From contig JACPAV010000004.1 in the NCBI GenBank assembly GCA_016180645.1, positions 157,544 through 221,543 on the forward strand: a stretch of 64,000 bases of DNA. The letters run 5' to 3'. Numbering within the stretch: the first letter of the stretch is position 1; each line of letters opens with the position of its first letter. The position numbers were made by a program, and so were the translations under genes. The notes beneath the pieces are model-generated. The model had not been told where the DNA came from. It saw only the letters and a list, made by a program, of their open reading frames with translations, and ran no database searches. The stretch comes from Nitrospirota bacterium (lineage in GTDB: Bacteria; JACPQY01). This document shows positions 35,417-44,651 of this stretch, piece by piece.

Positions 35417-35926
35417 TCAGCGGGTCCCAACTTGCTCGGTTCGGATAAGCAGTTCGGCGGGGGTAACGATCTCGATCCCTTCGTGCGTCCCCAGGACAAG
35501 CAGATCCTTGTCGCCCGTCACCAGTATATCCACCCTCGCCTTAACAGCGGCGGCCAGGATCGCATCGTCGTCCGGATCACGACAAACCCGCGGGGGGTCG
35601 CCCTCAGCGTCAACGACCTCACAAAATCTGCGGATGTTCGCGATGCGCGCGTCGGCCTCCGGCCCCGCGTGCCCGACCTTGGGCAGATGCTCCTTGAGTT
35701 CATCGAGCACCTGCGGGCTCACCACACTTTGGAACGTTCGCAAGGCCGCATGCGCCAGCAGACGGTGGCAGACCCCCAGTGTCGCAAAGGCTGAAAAGAG
35801 CACATTGGTATCGAGGAAAACCCGGCTGCGTGTGGCCGGTGAGCGCCCCGGTGCTCGACCTTGCCCGGCCAAGCGGGGCGGCGCCAAGATGGCAAAGCGG
35901 TTCCGCGACTGGCCGGATGCCACCAA
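35417..35926 (-). CDS. vapC: PIN-domain (VapC-like) toxin with disturbed 5' end
   Basis: RVFLDTNVL, CRDPDDDAIL, LVTGDKDLL. Confidence 0.85.
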   Translation of the reverse strand: MVASGQSRNRFAILAPPRLAGQGRAPGRSPATRSRVFLDTNVLFSAFATLGVCHRLLAHAALRTFQSVVSPQVLDELKEHLPKVGHAGPEADARIANIRRFCEVVDAEGDPPRVCRDPDDDAILAAAVKARVDILVTGDKDLLVLGTHEGIEIVTPAELLIRTEQVGTR

Positions 35927-35938
35927 GCGGGGAGACCC

Positions 35939-36157
35939 TCAGGAAACCATGTCGAAGATCTGCTCTTCCGAGACGATCCCGCGGGCCGCGGCCCTCTTGC
36001 GCGTTTCAGCAGCCAGCTCCTCGAACTCCTGGAGAGCCAGCTGTCGTTGGAGAGCTTCCCGGACAATGGCGCTCCGTGGGAGCCTCCGCTTCCTGGCGAC
36101 GGCGGAGAGTTGTCGGACAAGGTCTTTGGGGAGGCGAACGGTAATCGCGGCTTCCAT
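35939..36157 (-). CDS. RHH antitoxin
   Basis: ITVRLP...RSAIVREAL; promoter TTGACA-N17-TACATT 7 nt upstream with palindromes TGTAATACA and TGTCTGACA. Confidence 0.85.
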   Translation of the reverse strand: MEAAITVRLPKDLVRQLSAVARKRRLPRSAIVREALQRQLALQEFEELAAETRKRAAARGIVSEEQIFDMVS

Positions 36158-36225
36158 GTCTGACAATGTAATACAACCCGGGTGCGGTGTCAATGCCGTC
36201 GGGTCCGAACGGGATCTGCACGGCT

Positions 36226-36389
36226 GGGGTCAGGCGTGGGGGTTGATACTTTGGGTCCAGCGTGTTTCGACAACCCTTGGGGCAGCACGGACTATCCTGA
36301 TCCTGAAATCGTGATTGCGAGCATTCTCTCGATGCCTCGATACTGTGAAAGTATCAGGTCCCATGCCTGACCGCATGACCCCCTGACCC
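36226..36389. mobile_element. Miniature inverted-repeat element with GGGGTCA ends
   Basis: 27-bp imperfect IR 36226-36252 / 36348-36374 (22/27 by manual alignment), then extra TGACCC copies. Confidence 0.5.
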
Positions 36390-36478
36390 ATGACTTGGAG
36401 TGTCCCGAGCGCGGAAATCCAGAAACCTGATCGGGGGGATTGCTTGCCATTACCCCGGTAATGTGAGATAAGAGGCTC

Positions 36479-36742
36479 ATGCCCATCGCGCAATCCAGGC
36501 TGACCGCCCAGGGGCAGATCTCGGTGCCCGCGGAGGTGAGGCGGAAACTCGGGGTCGGACCCGGCTCGATCCTGGAATGGGACGAAGCGGGCGAGAAAAT
36601 CCTGGTCCGGCGGTCGGGGCGGTACACCTCGGAAGACATCCATCGGCAGATTTTCGCCGGGAGCGCGCCGCGGCGTCGGAGCACCGCAGAGATCAAGGAA
36701 GGCATCCGCCGGCACATTCGGAAGAGACATGCGGGCGGTTGA
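36479..36742 (+). CDS. AbrB/MazE/SpoVT-family antitoxin
   Basis: SRLTAQGQISVPAEVRRKLG; operator palindrome CATTACC-CC-GGTAATG 36448-36463. Confidence 0.9.
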   Translation: MPIAQSRLTAQGQISVPAEVRRKLGVGPGSILEWDEAGEKILVRRSGRYTSEDIHRQIFAGSAPRRRSTAEIKEGIRRHIRKRHAGG

Positions 36743-37112
36743 CACGAATGTTCTCGTCCGACTGGTGACCCGGGACGATCCGGAGCAAGTGGCCGCCGCG
36801 GAGTCGTTCGTGGAGCGCGGCGCTTGGGTCTCCCATCTTGTCTTGGTGGAGCTGTTGTGGGTGCTGGAATCTGTGTATGGGATTGGGCCGCGTGAACGCG
36901 CTATGACCGTGGAAATGCTACTCCATCACGACCGGTTGACGATCGAGGGTCCGAACGTGGTTTCCGCGGCGCTTGCGGTCTTTCGACGCAAGCCATCCCT
37001 GGGCTTTTCGGACTGCCTGGTGCTGGAGACCGCCCGAACAGCCGGGCACCTGCCCCTGGGAACCTTCGATCGCGCGCTCGGGAGAATGGACGGGGCTCAG
37101 CGACTGGCGTAA
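36729..37112 (+). CDS. vapC: VapC PIN-domain toxin
   Basis: AVDTNVLVR, ELLWVL, FSDCL, TFDR; overlaps the antitoxin. Confidence 0.9.
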   Translation: MRAVDTNVLVRLVTRDDPEQVAAAESFVERGAWVSHLVLVELLWVLESVYGIGPRERAMTVEMLLHHDRLTIEGPNVVSAALAVFRRKPSLGFSDCLVLETARTAGHLPLGTFDRALGRMDGAQRLA

Positions 37113-37180
37113 CGCGGCCCAGCGATGTCCACCGCCTCCGGCGAAGACCCTCAAACGCGAAGATTCCTCTCAAACGGTGT

Positions 37181-37209
37181 TTGACGCACCCCCGGTGGGC
37201 CGGTAGAAT
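37181..37209 (+). promoter_or_regulatory. sigma70 promoter, leaderless grx transcript
   Basis: TTGACG-N17-TAGAAT, 6 nt before GTG 37216. Confidence 0.75.
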
Positions 37210-37215
37210 CCGCCT

Positions 37216-37488
37216 GTGGGGAACAGGGTTGTTGTCTACACAGCGAGCCTCTGACCGTATTGCATCAAGGCAAAGGCTTTGCTGAAAAAAAGGAATGTCC
37301 CGTTCACGGAGATCAATATGGGTTGGGACGGACCCCTCTGGGATGAATTGGAGAAAAAATCCGGCATGACCACCGTGCCTCAAATCTATCTCGACGATAC
37401 CTGCATCGGGGGCCATGATGAACTCAAGGCCCTCATCGATTCCGGTCGCTTCGAAAAGGTGTTCGCCTCCGTTCTGAGATCGTCATGA
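37216..37488 (+). CDS. grxC: Selenocysteine-containing glutaredoxin (UPYC active site)
   Basis: MGNRVVVYTASL-TGA(37252-37254)-PYCIKAKALL...TTVPQI...IGGHD; in-frame TGA sits at the first CPYC cysteine. Confidence 0.85.
37265..37285 (+). promoter_or_regulatory. Candidate bacterial SECIS hairpin
   Basis: TCA(AG)GCAAA-GGC-TTTGCTGA begins 10 nt after the UGA, with G in the apical loop. Confidence 0.55.
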
Positions 37489-38648
37489 GCGCCCGACCGA
37501 TTGGCCGCATGGAAGCCGCCGGAGCCGGCCGGGTTTCTCCGGGTAAGATCCTCGTCGTCGATGACGATGCCGCCCTTTGCGACACACTGAAGGATGTCTT
37601 CACGGGCGATGGTCATCACGTGGGGATAGCCCGGGACGGGAAGGCGGGGCTCCGCGAGCTTGCGAACGATCATTACGACGTCGTCATCACCGATCTCAAC
37701 ATGCCCGAGATGGAAGGATTGGAACTGCTCTCCCACATCCGTAAGAGTCAGTTCGACGTCTGTCCCATCGTACTCACCGGCTTCGGAACCATCGAGGCCG
37801 CGGTGGAATCGATGAAGCTGGGGGCCTACGACTACGTGCTGAAGCCGTTCAACGTAAACGAATTCCGCGAGGTCGTCTGGAAATGTCTGGCGCGGGTTCG
37901 CGAGGAACGGGAGCACCCGATTCGCGTCGACCGGCTCAAAGCGGAGACGGCGGAGGGCCTCCTTGAAGCCTTGGAAGCCAAGGATCGATACACGCGCGGC
38001 CATTCGGAGCGCGTGGGCCGATACGCCCGGATTCTGGCCGAGGGGCTCAATTTGGGTGACGGAGACGTGCGCCTGATCGAACAGGCGGGGCGGCTCCATG
38101 ACATCGGCAAGATCGGAGTGCGCCTTGAACACCTCAACAAGAGGGGCCCCCTCACGGTCGACGAACACGAGCTCTACAAGCTGCATGTCTCCTATGGAAA
38201 GACAATTCTGGACGTCATCACGCCGTTTCGGAACCTGTCGGAAATGGCCTATCACCACCATGAACGATTCGATGGCAATGGGTATCTTGCGGGTGTTCAG
38301 GGCGCCGACATTCCGCTCGGTGGACGCATCCTCGTCATCTGCGACGGGTTCGACGCCATGACCTCCGACCGACCCTACCGCTCGCGTCTGCCTCTGGGTG
38401 TGGCGGTGCAGGAGCTTCTGCGCTGCTCAGGAACGCAGTTCGATCCTGACCTGGTTCAGGTGTTCGTGCGAAGACTCAAAGAGCTTCACCGTCCGGAAGA
38501 ACTCGAACCGGAAGAGATCGTCATCGCCCGGGAAAGCTCGAAGGGCGGCCTCGGACCGCTGATCTTCACCAAGCGCGCGGTGGATGAGGGTGAAATCCCT
38601 GAGTGGGAATCCGACGGCCGGAAGACCGTGCCGTTCGAACGATACTAA
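37485..38648 (+). CDS. Response regulator with HD-GYP c-di-GMP phosphodiesterase domain
   Basis: REC (VVDDD, TDLNMP, KPF) plus YTRGHSERV, LHDIGK, HHERFDGNGYL. Confidence 0.92.
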   Translation: MSARPIGRMEAAGAGRVSPGKILVVDDDAALCDTLKDVFTGDGHHVGIARDGKAGLRELANDHYDVVITDLNMPEMEGLELLSHIRKSQFDVCPIVLTGFGTIEAAVESMKLGAYDYVLKPFNVNEFREVVWKCLARVREEREHPIRVDRLKAETAEGLLEALEAKDRYTRGHSERVGRYARILAEGLNLGDGDVRLIEQAGRLHDIGKIGVRLEHLNKRGPLTVDEHELYKLHVSYGKTILDVITPFRNLSEMAYHHHERFDGNGYLAGVQGADIPLGGRILVICDGFDAMTSDRPYRSRLPLGVAVQELLRCSGTQFDPDLVQVFVRRLKELHRPEELEPEEIVIARESSKGGLGPLIFTKRAVDEGEIPEWESDGRKTVPFERY

Positions 38649-38661
38649 AAGGAGTCACCAC

Positions 38662-38889
38662 GTGCCGATCTATGAATATGTCTGCAAGAAATGCGATCAG
38701 GAATTTGAGGAGTTGCTTCGATCAAGGGATGAAGTGGTCAAGTGTCCCGGCTGCGGAACGAAGAAGGTGTCCCGCCGGCTCTCGATCGTCGGTTTCAAGA
38801 GCGGAAGCACGTTCGTGTCGGCGAGCGGCGGCGGCGGCTGCGGCAGTGGGAGTTGCGGCGGCGGTTCCTGCGGATCCTGCTCGCACTAG
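38662..38889 (+). CDS. FmdB-family zinc-ribbon protein
   Basis: MPIYEYVCKKC...CPGCG...GGGCGSGSCGGGSCGSC; SD aaggag. Confidence 0.9.
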   Translation: MPIYEYVCKKCDQEFEELLRSRDEVVKCPGCGTKKVSRRLSIVGFKSGSTFVSASGGGGCGSGSCGGGSCGSCSH

Positions 38890-40346
38890 GCCGCAAGTAC
38901 CCTGAGACACGCCCGCGCGGCGAGTCGGCCGGCGAGCGCTTCCCCATCCAGACCCCAATAAGGAAATATCTCCGGAGCGGCAAAGAAAAGATTCGACCAG
39001 TGGCTCCTGAGGGTCAATCCCACCGGCGAGTCTTCATGCTTCGGATCCATCCGGTAAACGACATTCGTGTTCCCCAGGAAATTCCGGGCAAACGTGAGGG
39101 AGTCGTGCCACCCCACGCACCTGATTTTCCCCTCGGCGAAAGGCATCAGATCGTGAAGGCGGCGCAACACCTGATCCCGAGCGTGGGCGGCGGCGGTCTC
39201 AAACTTTTCCATGTCCTCCGCCGGGAGGAAGACCGTGGCGGTAACCGGAACTTCGTTCATTTCGGAAGTGGGATGGACAGCGAGCAAGAAACACTCGGTC
39301 CAATCCTTCAAGTCGGGCGACGCAATGGAGCTTTTGGCGCCGGGAGGTTCCTCGCCCAGATGGCAGGCCAGATACGGACCGATGCCCACGGGCACTACGT
39401 CCATAAGGACCCGGAAATGTATCGACAGACGGACGTATTTCGGCGCGAGAAAGAATGAAGCGATCCGGCTTCGGACGGGATCCTCGCCGGCAACCCGCGC
39501 AAACTGGAGATAGCCGGCGGCCCAAACGTAGGATCGTGCCTGGATGGGCCCATTCCCCTCGTGCAGATCGACGGCCTTGACCCGATTCCCCTCGGCGAAA
39601 ACGTACTTCACTTCTGCACCCGCCACGTCCCCACCCATCTCCTTGACCATCTCGGCAAGATCGGTGAGGAATCCGCTCCTTCGCCCCTCGAAATAAAACG
39701 TGTCGAGTTGGGGATGAGCCAGCACCCCGATGGCAGCGTGAAAGTCGCCTTGGGGGTGGTAGAGCTGGCTGAAGGGAAGCAGAAGCAGGTTCAGATCGTG
39801 GATGAGCGAAGGGGGAAGTCCCGCGGATTCGGCTGCTTTCGTGAGCGTTGGCATCCGATCCTCCATGGCGGTTTTGACTTTCCGCTTGGTCCGATCCCAC
39901 AGACCCTTCGGTTCGGCATCCGGGGCGAGATTCAGGCGCTCCATGGCCGTCTTCCGGACCTGGGAGAGGGCTTCAAGGAGTGCGCGCAGCCCCTCCTCGC
40001 CTACGGAGTGGTAGCGTCCCAGCGCTTCGAGAATCTGCTCCTGCTTCGGCGGGAAACTGATCCGGTGATCGGGCAGGAGAAGCTGCATCGCGGGCTCGAC
40101 CGGCATGATGCCCCGCATTTTGTAGACGGGGACGTTCATCTCGCGCAGACCTTTTTCGAGATTGCGCCCCGCGGATAGGCCCCATAGAACGGGAGGGCCG
40201 TGCTCCAGGACCACTCCATCGGCCTGCGACTCCCAGGGAATGGTCTTCAGGAGGAGAACGCGCTTCTTCTTTCGGAGCAGAATCCCCGCGGTGATGAGTC
40301 CACCGATAGTGTTGCCAATAACAACGCAGTCGTAGGACGACTTCAC
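38886..40346 (-). CDS. FAD/NAD(P)-dependent oxidoreductase (phytoene desaturase-like)
   Basis: YDCVVIGNTIGGL degenerate dinucleotide motif; C-terminal NLFFA...G..G...AG..AA. Confidence 0.7.
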   Translation of the reverse strand: MKSSYDCVVIGNTIGGLITAGILLRKKKRVLLLKTIPWESQADGVVLEHGPPVLWGLSAGRNLEKGLREMNVPVYKMRGIMPVEPAMQLLLPDHRISFPPKQEQILEALGRYHSVGEEGLRALLEALSQVRKTAMERLNLAPDAEPKGLWDRTKRKVKTAMEDRMPTLTKAAESAGLPPSLIHDLNLLLLPFSQLYHPQGDFHAAIGVLAHPQLDTFYFEGRRSGFLTDLAEMVKEMGGDVAGAEVKYVFAEGNRVKAVDLHEGNGPIQARSYVWAAGYLQFARVAGEDPVRSRIASFFLAPKYVRLSIHFRVLMDVVPVGIGPYLACHLGEEPPGAKSSIASPDLKDWTECFLLAVHPTSEMNEVPVTATVFLPAEDMEKFETAAAHARDQVLRRLHDLMPFAEGKIRCVGWHDSLTFARNFLGNTNVVYRMDPKHEDSPVGLTLRSHWSNLFFAAPEIFPYWGLDGEALAGRLAARACLRVLAA

Positions 40347-41020
40347 GGTTTCTTCTCGAAATTGCGACGAACCGCGGGCTGGATCAGATTGGGAGCGGGA
40401 CTCACAGTCGATTCGGATATCGTCACCTTGCGTCCTTCGATGCGCAGCCGTCCCTCGGCGTAGAGCTGTATCGCTTCGGGATAGATCTGATGCTCGAGAG
40501 CGTGAATCCGCGCCTCCAGCGTCTCTTCGGAGTCGGTTTCAAGAATCGGGCATTCCGCCTGGATAATGATAGGGCCGGCATCTACCTGCTCTTCGACGAA
40601 ATGGACCGTGCAACCGGTGACCTTGACCCGGTGCTGAAACGCCTGCGAAATGCCATGGAGTCCGGGGAAGGACGGTAACAGCGAGGGATGAATGTTCATG
40701 ATGCGCTGCGGGAAGGCACGGATGAAAACGGGGGAAAGGACCCGCATGAAGCCGGCGAGGATCACGAGCTCCACCTGGCGTTCTCGAAGCACGCCGACGA
40801 TCTTCTCCTCGAATTGCGTCCTCGTACTGAACGCCTCTCGCGGGACGTGCTCGTGGAACAGTCCGTGCTTTTTCGCCCGCCCCAATGCACCGGATTCCGC
40901 ATGGTCCGATATGATCGCGGCGACCCGGGCGGACAGGCTGCCGGCTTCTACTCGATCGATGATGGCCTGAAGATTGGTGCCTGTTCCGGAAGCAAGAACG
41001 CCGAGGGCGACCGTTCGCAT
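40343..41020 (-). CDS. purN: Phosphoribosylglycinamide formyltransferase
   Basis: SGTGTNLQA, LAGFMRVL, NIHPSLLP, HFV...DAGPII. Confidence 0.97.
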   Translation of the reverse strand: MRTVALGVLASGTGTNLQAIIDRVEAGSLSARVAAIISDHAESGALGRAKKHGLFHEHVPREAFSTRTQFEEKIVGVLRERQVELVILAGFMRVLSPVFIRAFPQRIMNIHPSLLPSFPGLHGISQAFQHRVKVTGCTVHFVEEQVDAGPIIIQAECPILETDSEETLEARIHALEHQIYPEAIQLYAEGRLRIEGRKVTISESTVSPAPNLIQPAVRRNFEKKP

Positions 41021-42099
41021 TATTCGAACACGACCGGCGGGCCGCTCTTCCGCGTCTCCACCCGCCCGATCTCGTACGCCTTGATGCCCACGCCCTCGAA
41101 ATGTCGAAACGTACCCCGGGCCTCGCGTTGGGGAAGGGCCAAAACCAGTCCGATGCCCATGTTGAAGGTGCGGAGCATCTCCTTGTCTGACACGCCTCCC
41201 GACGCTCGAACCCATCGAAAAATGGGCGGCACGGGCCAGCTCTCCGGCCGAACCCGGCAGGAGAGACCTCGGGGAAGGATCCGCGCGAGGTTGCGAACCA
41301 TCCCCCCCCCCGTGATGTGCGCAATCGCGTGAACTTCCGACTTGTCCAACAAGGCAAGCACGGGCTTCACGTAAATTCGCGTCGGCTCCAGGAGCTCATC
41401 GCCGAGCGTTCTCCCTCCTGGAATTTGAAATCTCAAATCTGAAATCTGAGATTTCTTTGGGGAGAAGCCGGCGGCTCGAAGGGCCAGGGAGTAGCCGTTG
41501 CTGTGGAGGCCGGATGAGGCCAGGCCGATGAGGAGGTCACCCGGTCGAACGCGACTCCTCCACAGGAGTCGCTTTCGATCGACGATGCCCACGGCGAATC
41601 CCGCCAGATCGAACTTCTCGGGAGTGTAGACGAGCGGCATTTCCGCCGTTTCCCCGCCCAGCAAGGTACACTCGGCCTCCTTGCACGCGTCGGCGATTCC
41701 TTTGACGAGGCTCACGGATCGCTTCAGCCGGAGCTCACCCACGGCCAGATAGTCGAGAAAGAACAAGGGACGAGCACCGGTTGTAAGCAGATCGTTCACG
41801 TTCATGGCCACGAGATCGAATCCCAGCGTGTCGAACTTGCCGAGCGCCTCGGCGACGAGGATCTTCGATCCCACGCCGTCGGCGGACGCGACGAGGATCG
41901 GGTCTTTGAGGTGTCGAGAATCGGGCTGGAACAGTCCGGCCGAAGCGCCAAGATGTCCGATCACCGATGGCGAGTAGGTTCGCTTGGCGAGGGGCGCGAT
42001 CCGGCGGACGAATTCGTCGGCCACATAAATGTTGACGCCGCTCGACTTATAGGTGAGGGGCTTCGGTGATTTTCTTCCAGACTTCACGGGTTTGGGCAT
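41020..42099 (-). CDS. purM: AIR synthase
   Basis: DGVGSK, FFLDY, GGETAEMP, SSGLHSNGYSL, HITGGG, TFNMGIG. Confidence 0.97.
   Translation of the reverse strand: MPKPVKSGRKSPKPLTYKSSGVNIYVADEFVRRIAPLAKRTYSPSVIGHLGASAGLFQPDSRHLKDPILVASADGVGSKILVAEALGKFDTLGFDLVAMNVNDLLTTGARPLFFLDYLAVGELRLKRSVSLVKGIADACKEAECTLLGGETAEMPLVYTPEKFDLAGFAVGIVDRKRLLWRSRVRPGDLLIGLASSGLHSNGYSLALRAAGFSPKKSQISDLRFQIPGGRTLGDELLEPTRIYVKPVLALLDKSEVHAIAHITGGGMVRNLARILPRGLSCRVRPESWPVPPIFRWVRASGGVSDKEMLRTFNMGIGLVLALPQREARGTFRHFEGVGIKAYEIGRVETRKSGPPVVFE
41421..41455. repeat. AAATCTG heptamer array inside purM
   Basis: gaatttg aaatctc aaatctg aaatctg agatttc, encoding KSQISDLRFQIP. Confidence 0.7.
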
Positions 42100-42652
42100 A
42101 GGTAGACTCCAACGGCCCCGAATTGTCAACGACAAAATCGGCTTTTTTGGCCTTCTCGGCCACCGGCATCTGGCTTTCGATCTTCGCGAGGGCCTCCACG
42201 CGGGCAATCCGGTCCCTCACCATTAGTCGGTGGATTTGAGTCTCCAAGTCTGTCGACACCACGATCATCGGCCGGAGGAGATCGGCCCGTCCATTTTCGA
42301 TGAGAAGGGCGGCCTCCACCACGCAGATCGTGCATCCCGACTGAGCCTTGCTTTGGAGGCCGAGAGCGATGGATTCCCCGATGCGTGGATGGGTGATGCC
42401 GTTCAGAAGGCGGCGTTTTTGCGGATCGGTGAAGACGATTTGTCCAAGCGCGATGCGATCGATGGCCCGGTCCGCGGCGAGGACGACTGAGCCGAAGGCG
42501 CGAACGATCTCGTCGTACGCCGGCCGGCCGGGGAGAATGATTTCGTGAGCGACCTCATCCGCGTCGATGAGCGAGGCCCCAAACTGGACGAGGTAGCGTG
42601 CGACGGTGCTTTTCCCCGTTGCGATTCCTCCAGTCAGGCCGATCGTCTGCAT
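42047..42652 (-). CDS. coaE: Dephospho-CoA kinase
   Basis: IGLTGGIATGKS, IDAD, ITHPRI, SQMP. Confidence 0.96.
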   Translation of the reverse strand: MQTIGLTGGIATGKSTVARYLVQFGASLIDADEVAHEIILPGRPAYDEIVRAFGSVVLAADRAIDRIALGQIVFTDPQKRRLLNGITHPRIGESIALGLQSKAQSGCTICVVEAALLIENGRADLLRPMIVVSTDLETQIHRLMVRDRIARVEALAKIESQMPVAEKAKKADFVVDNSGPLESTYAQTREVWKKITEAPHL

Positions 42653-42671
42653 CAGAGAGGTTTCCGCTTGA

Positions 42672-43484
42672 TCAGTTGATGATCACGCTCGCGTATCCGA
42701 CCACGGCGTCGTAATCGCCGCTCACATCCCCCGAATTGGCGTACCGGACGAGAGTGGCCTGTTTGCCTCCAAGGGCCGTGGCCGCGAAAAGCGCAGCGGT
42801 CACGGGCAGGACTCCACACATGCTGATGTTCTTCTTCTGAACAACGTCATACAGCCCCTCGGGATCCATTCCAAGGATGCGGTCCAGCGCGAGTTCATCT
42901 TTCACCTTCGAAACATTCGACGGTTCGTAGTGATTCATGTCCGAACTGGCGACGATGAGGATCGGGCCCGACGAGATCAATTCCTGAATGATGCCCGCCA
43001 GCGCTTCGCCGACGTCCCGGCAATCTTCGACCGATAGATCCCCGAGTGTGATCGGGAGGAGTTTCACGTGCGGCTTCAGCCTTTGCAGGAACGGAATTTG
43101 GACCTCGCCCGCGTGTTCCCGCAAGTGTGCATCCTGATCCAACTCGGCCGAGGGGCATTTCTTCAGTAACGCAGTTCTAAGTTCAACATCGACGCATGCA
43201 ATTCCCAGTGGCGTTTCCCACTCATCGAATTCCGAAACGGACACTCGCGCCCCGATCCCGGTGTGGTTGGGATTGAGGATAATAACGCGGGGTGGGACCG
43301 TGATCCGCGCATACGCCTCACCCGCCACGGCGCCCGAATACATGTACCCGGCGTGGGGAACCATGATCGCGATCGGGGTGGTCTTCGCTCCATGGGATTT
43401 CGGAAGAAAGGAATCGAGTTCCTTCAGGAGGGTCCTACGATCCGCGGGGTAGAACCGCCCCGCAACGGCCGGCGCCCGCATCAT
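42672..43484 (-). CDS. amrB: AmmeMemoRadiSam system protein B (MEMO1 family)
   Basis: PAVAGRFYP, PHAGYMYSG, EH..EVQ, SSDMNH, SMCG, VVGYA. Confidence 0.93.
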   Translation of the reverse strand: MMRAPAVAGRFYPADRRTLLKELDSFLPKSHGAKTTPIAIMVPHAGYMYSGAVAGEAYARITVPPRVIILNPNHTGIGARVSVSEFDEWETPLGIACVDVELRTALLKKCPSAELDQDAHLREHAGEVQIPFLQRLKPHVKLLPITLGDLSVEDCRDVGEALAGIIQELISSGPILIVASSDMNHYEPSNVSKVKDELALDRILGMDPEGLYDVVQKKNISMCGVLPVTAALFAATALGGKQATLVRYANSGDVSGDYDAVVGYASVIIN

Positions 43485-43538
43485 TCCCTCTCAATATCGG
43501 AGTTTCTGGCCCCGCGCAAGGTGTGATAGATTGCCCGC

Positions 43539-44651
43539 GTGCGATTTGAGACCATCGTGTGGAGAAACCTGCTCCGTCGGCGCGTGCGATCGATCCTCAC
43601 CGTGCTGGGGATCGGAATTGCCATCGGCGCGATGATCGCCCAGGTGTCCATCACGCGCGGCTTCATCAAGAGCATCAGCCGCCTCATGGAAACGCGGAAT
43701 GTCCAAATGGTGGTGAGCAAGAAAGAATCGCCGGACCCCATCTTCAGCTCCCTTCCGGAGGATTTGGCCAAGGGTCTGCTGGAGGTTCCACACGTGGACG
43801 GCCTGATCGGCGTGCTCGTGGACATGGTGACGATCGGCAACCAGCCCGGTGTGGCCGTGTTCGGATTCCGGTTTCACGGCGAGGCGCGTTCGCACCTCAA
43901 GATCATCCATGGGCGGGACATCGCGGGTCCCGGCCGGCACGAAATCGTCATCGGCTGGAGCCTGGCCAATCGAATGAAAAAGAAAGTGGGGGACAAATTG
44001 AACATCGAGGTGGACTTGTATGAATTGGTGGGTATATATGAAACGGGAAACATGATTGAGGACAACAGCGCGGCGATGGCATTGGAGGACGTGCAGGACC
44101 TCATGAGCCGGCCTTCGCAGGTGACCTTCTACAACGTGCTTCTGGACGACGTGAAAAACATGGACGTCGCCAAGAAGGAAATCGAGACTCGATTCCCGCA
44201 CGTCTTGGCCATGGGCGCGGGGGAACTGGCGGACACGCTGGACGCCATCCAGATGGCCAAGGTGATGGCCTGGATTCTGTCGGTCGTCTCCATCGTAATC
44301 GGCGCGGTGGCGACGATGAACACCATGCTCATGAGTGTGTTCGAACGGACGCGGGAGATCGGCATCTTGCGCGCACTCGGCTGGAAGCGGAGGAAGATCT
44401 TTCGCTTGATACTGTCGGAAAGCGTTCTGCTTTCGGTCTTCGGCTGGGTCGTGGGAATCGGAGTGGGCATCTTTGGAGTGTGGGTCATCAATGAAATCCC
44501 GCGGGTCTCAGGGACGCTCCCGGGAAAGTTCGACGCCGTCCTGCTGGGCCAAGCCTTCGGGATCGCCGTCGGATTGGGGGCAATCGGCGCCTTTTATCCC
44601 GCCTATCGGGCGACCAATGTTTCACCGAGCGAGGCGCTGCGTTATGAGTAA
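43539..44651 (+). CDS. ABC transporter permease (MacB/FtsX family)
   Basis: RNLLRRRVRSILT, SVFERTREIGILRALG, P.EALRYE. Confidence 0.92.
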   Translation: MRFETIVWRNLLRRRVRSILTVLGIGIAIGAMIAQVSITRGFIKSISRLMETRNVQMVVSKKESPDPIFSSLPEDLAKGLLEVPHVDGLIGVLVDMVTIGNQPGVAVFGFRFHGEARSHLKIIHGRDIAGPGRHEIVIGWSLANRMKKKVGDKLNIEVDLYELVGIYETGNMIEDNSAAMALEDVQDLMSRPSQVTFYNVLLDDVKNMDVAKKEIETRFPHVLAMGAGELADTLDAIQMAKVMAWILSVVSIVIGAVATMNTMLMSVFERTREIGILRALGWKRRKIFRLILSESVLLSVFGWVVGIGVGIFGVWVINEIPRVSGTLPGKFDAVLLGQAFGIAVGLGAIGAFYPAYRATNVSPSEALRYE

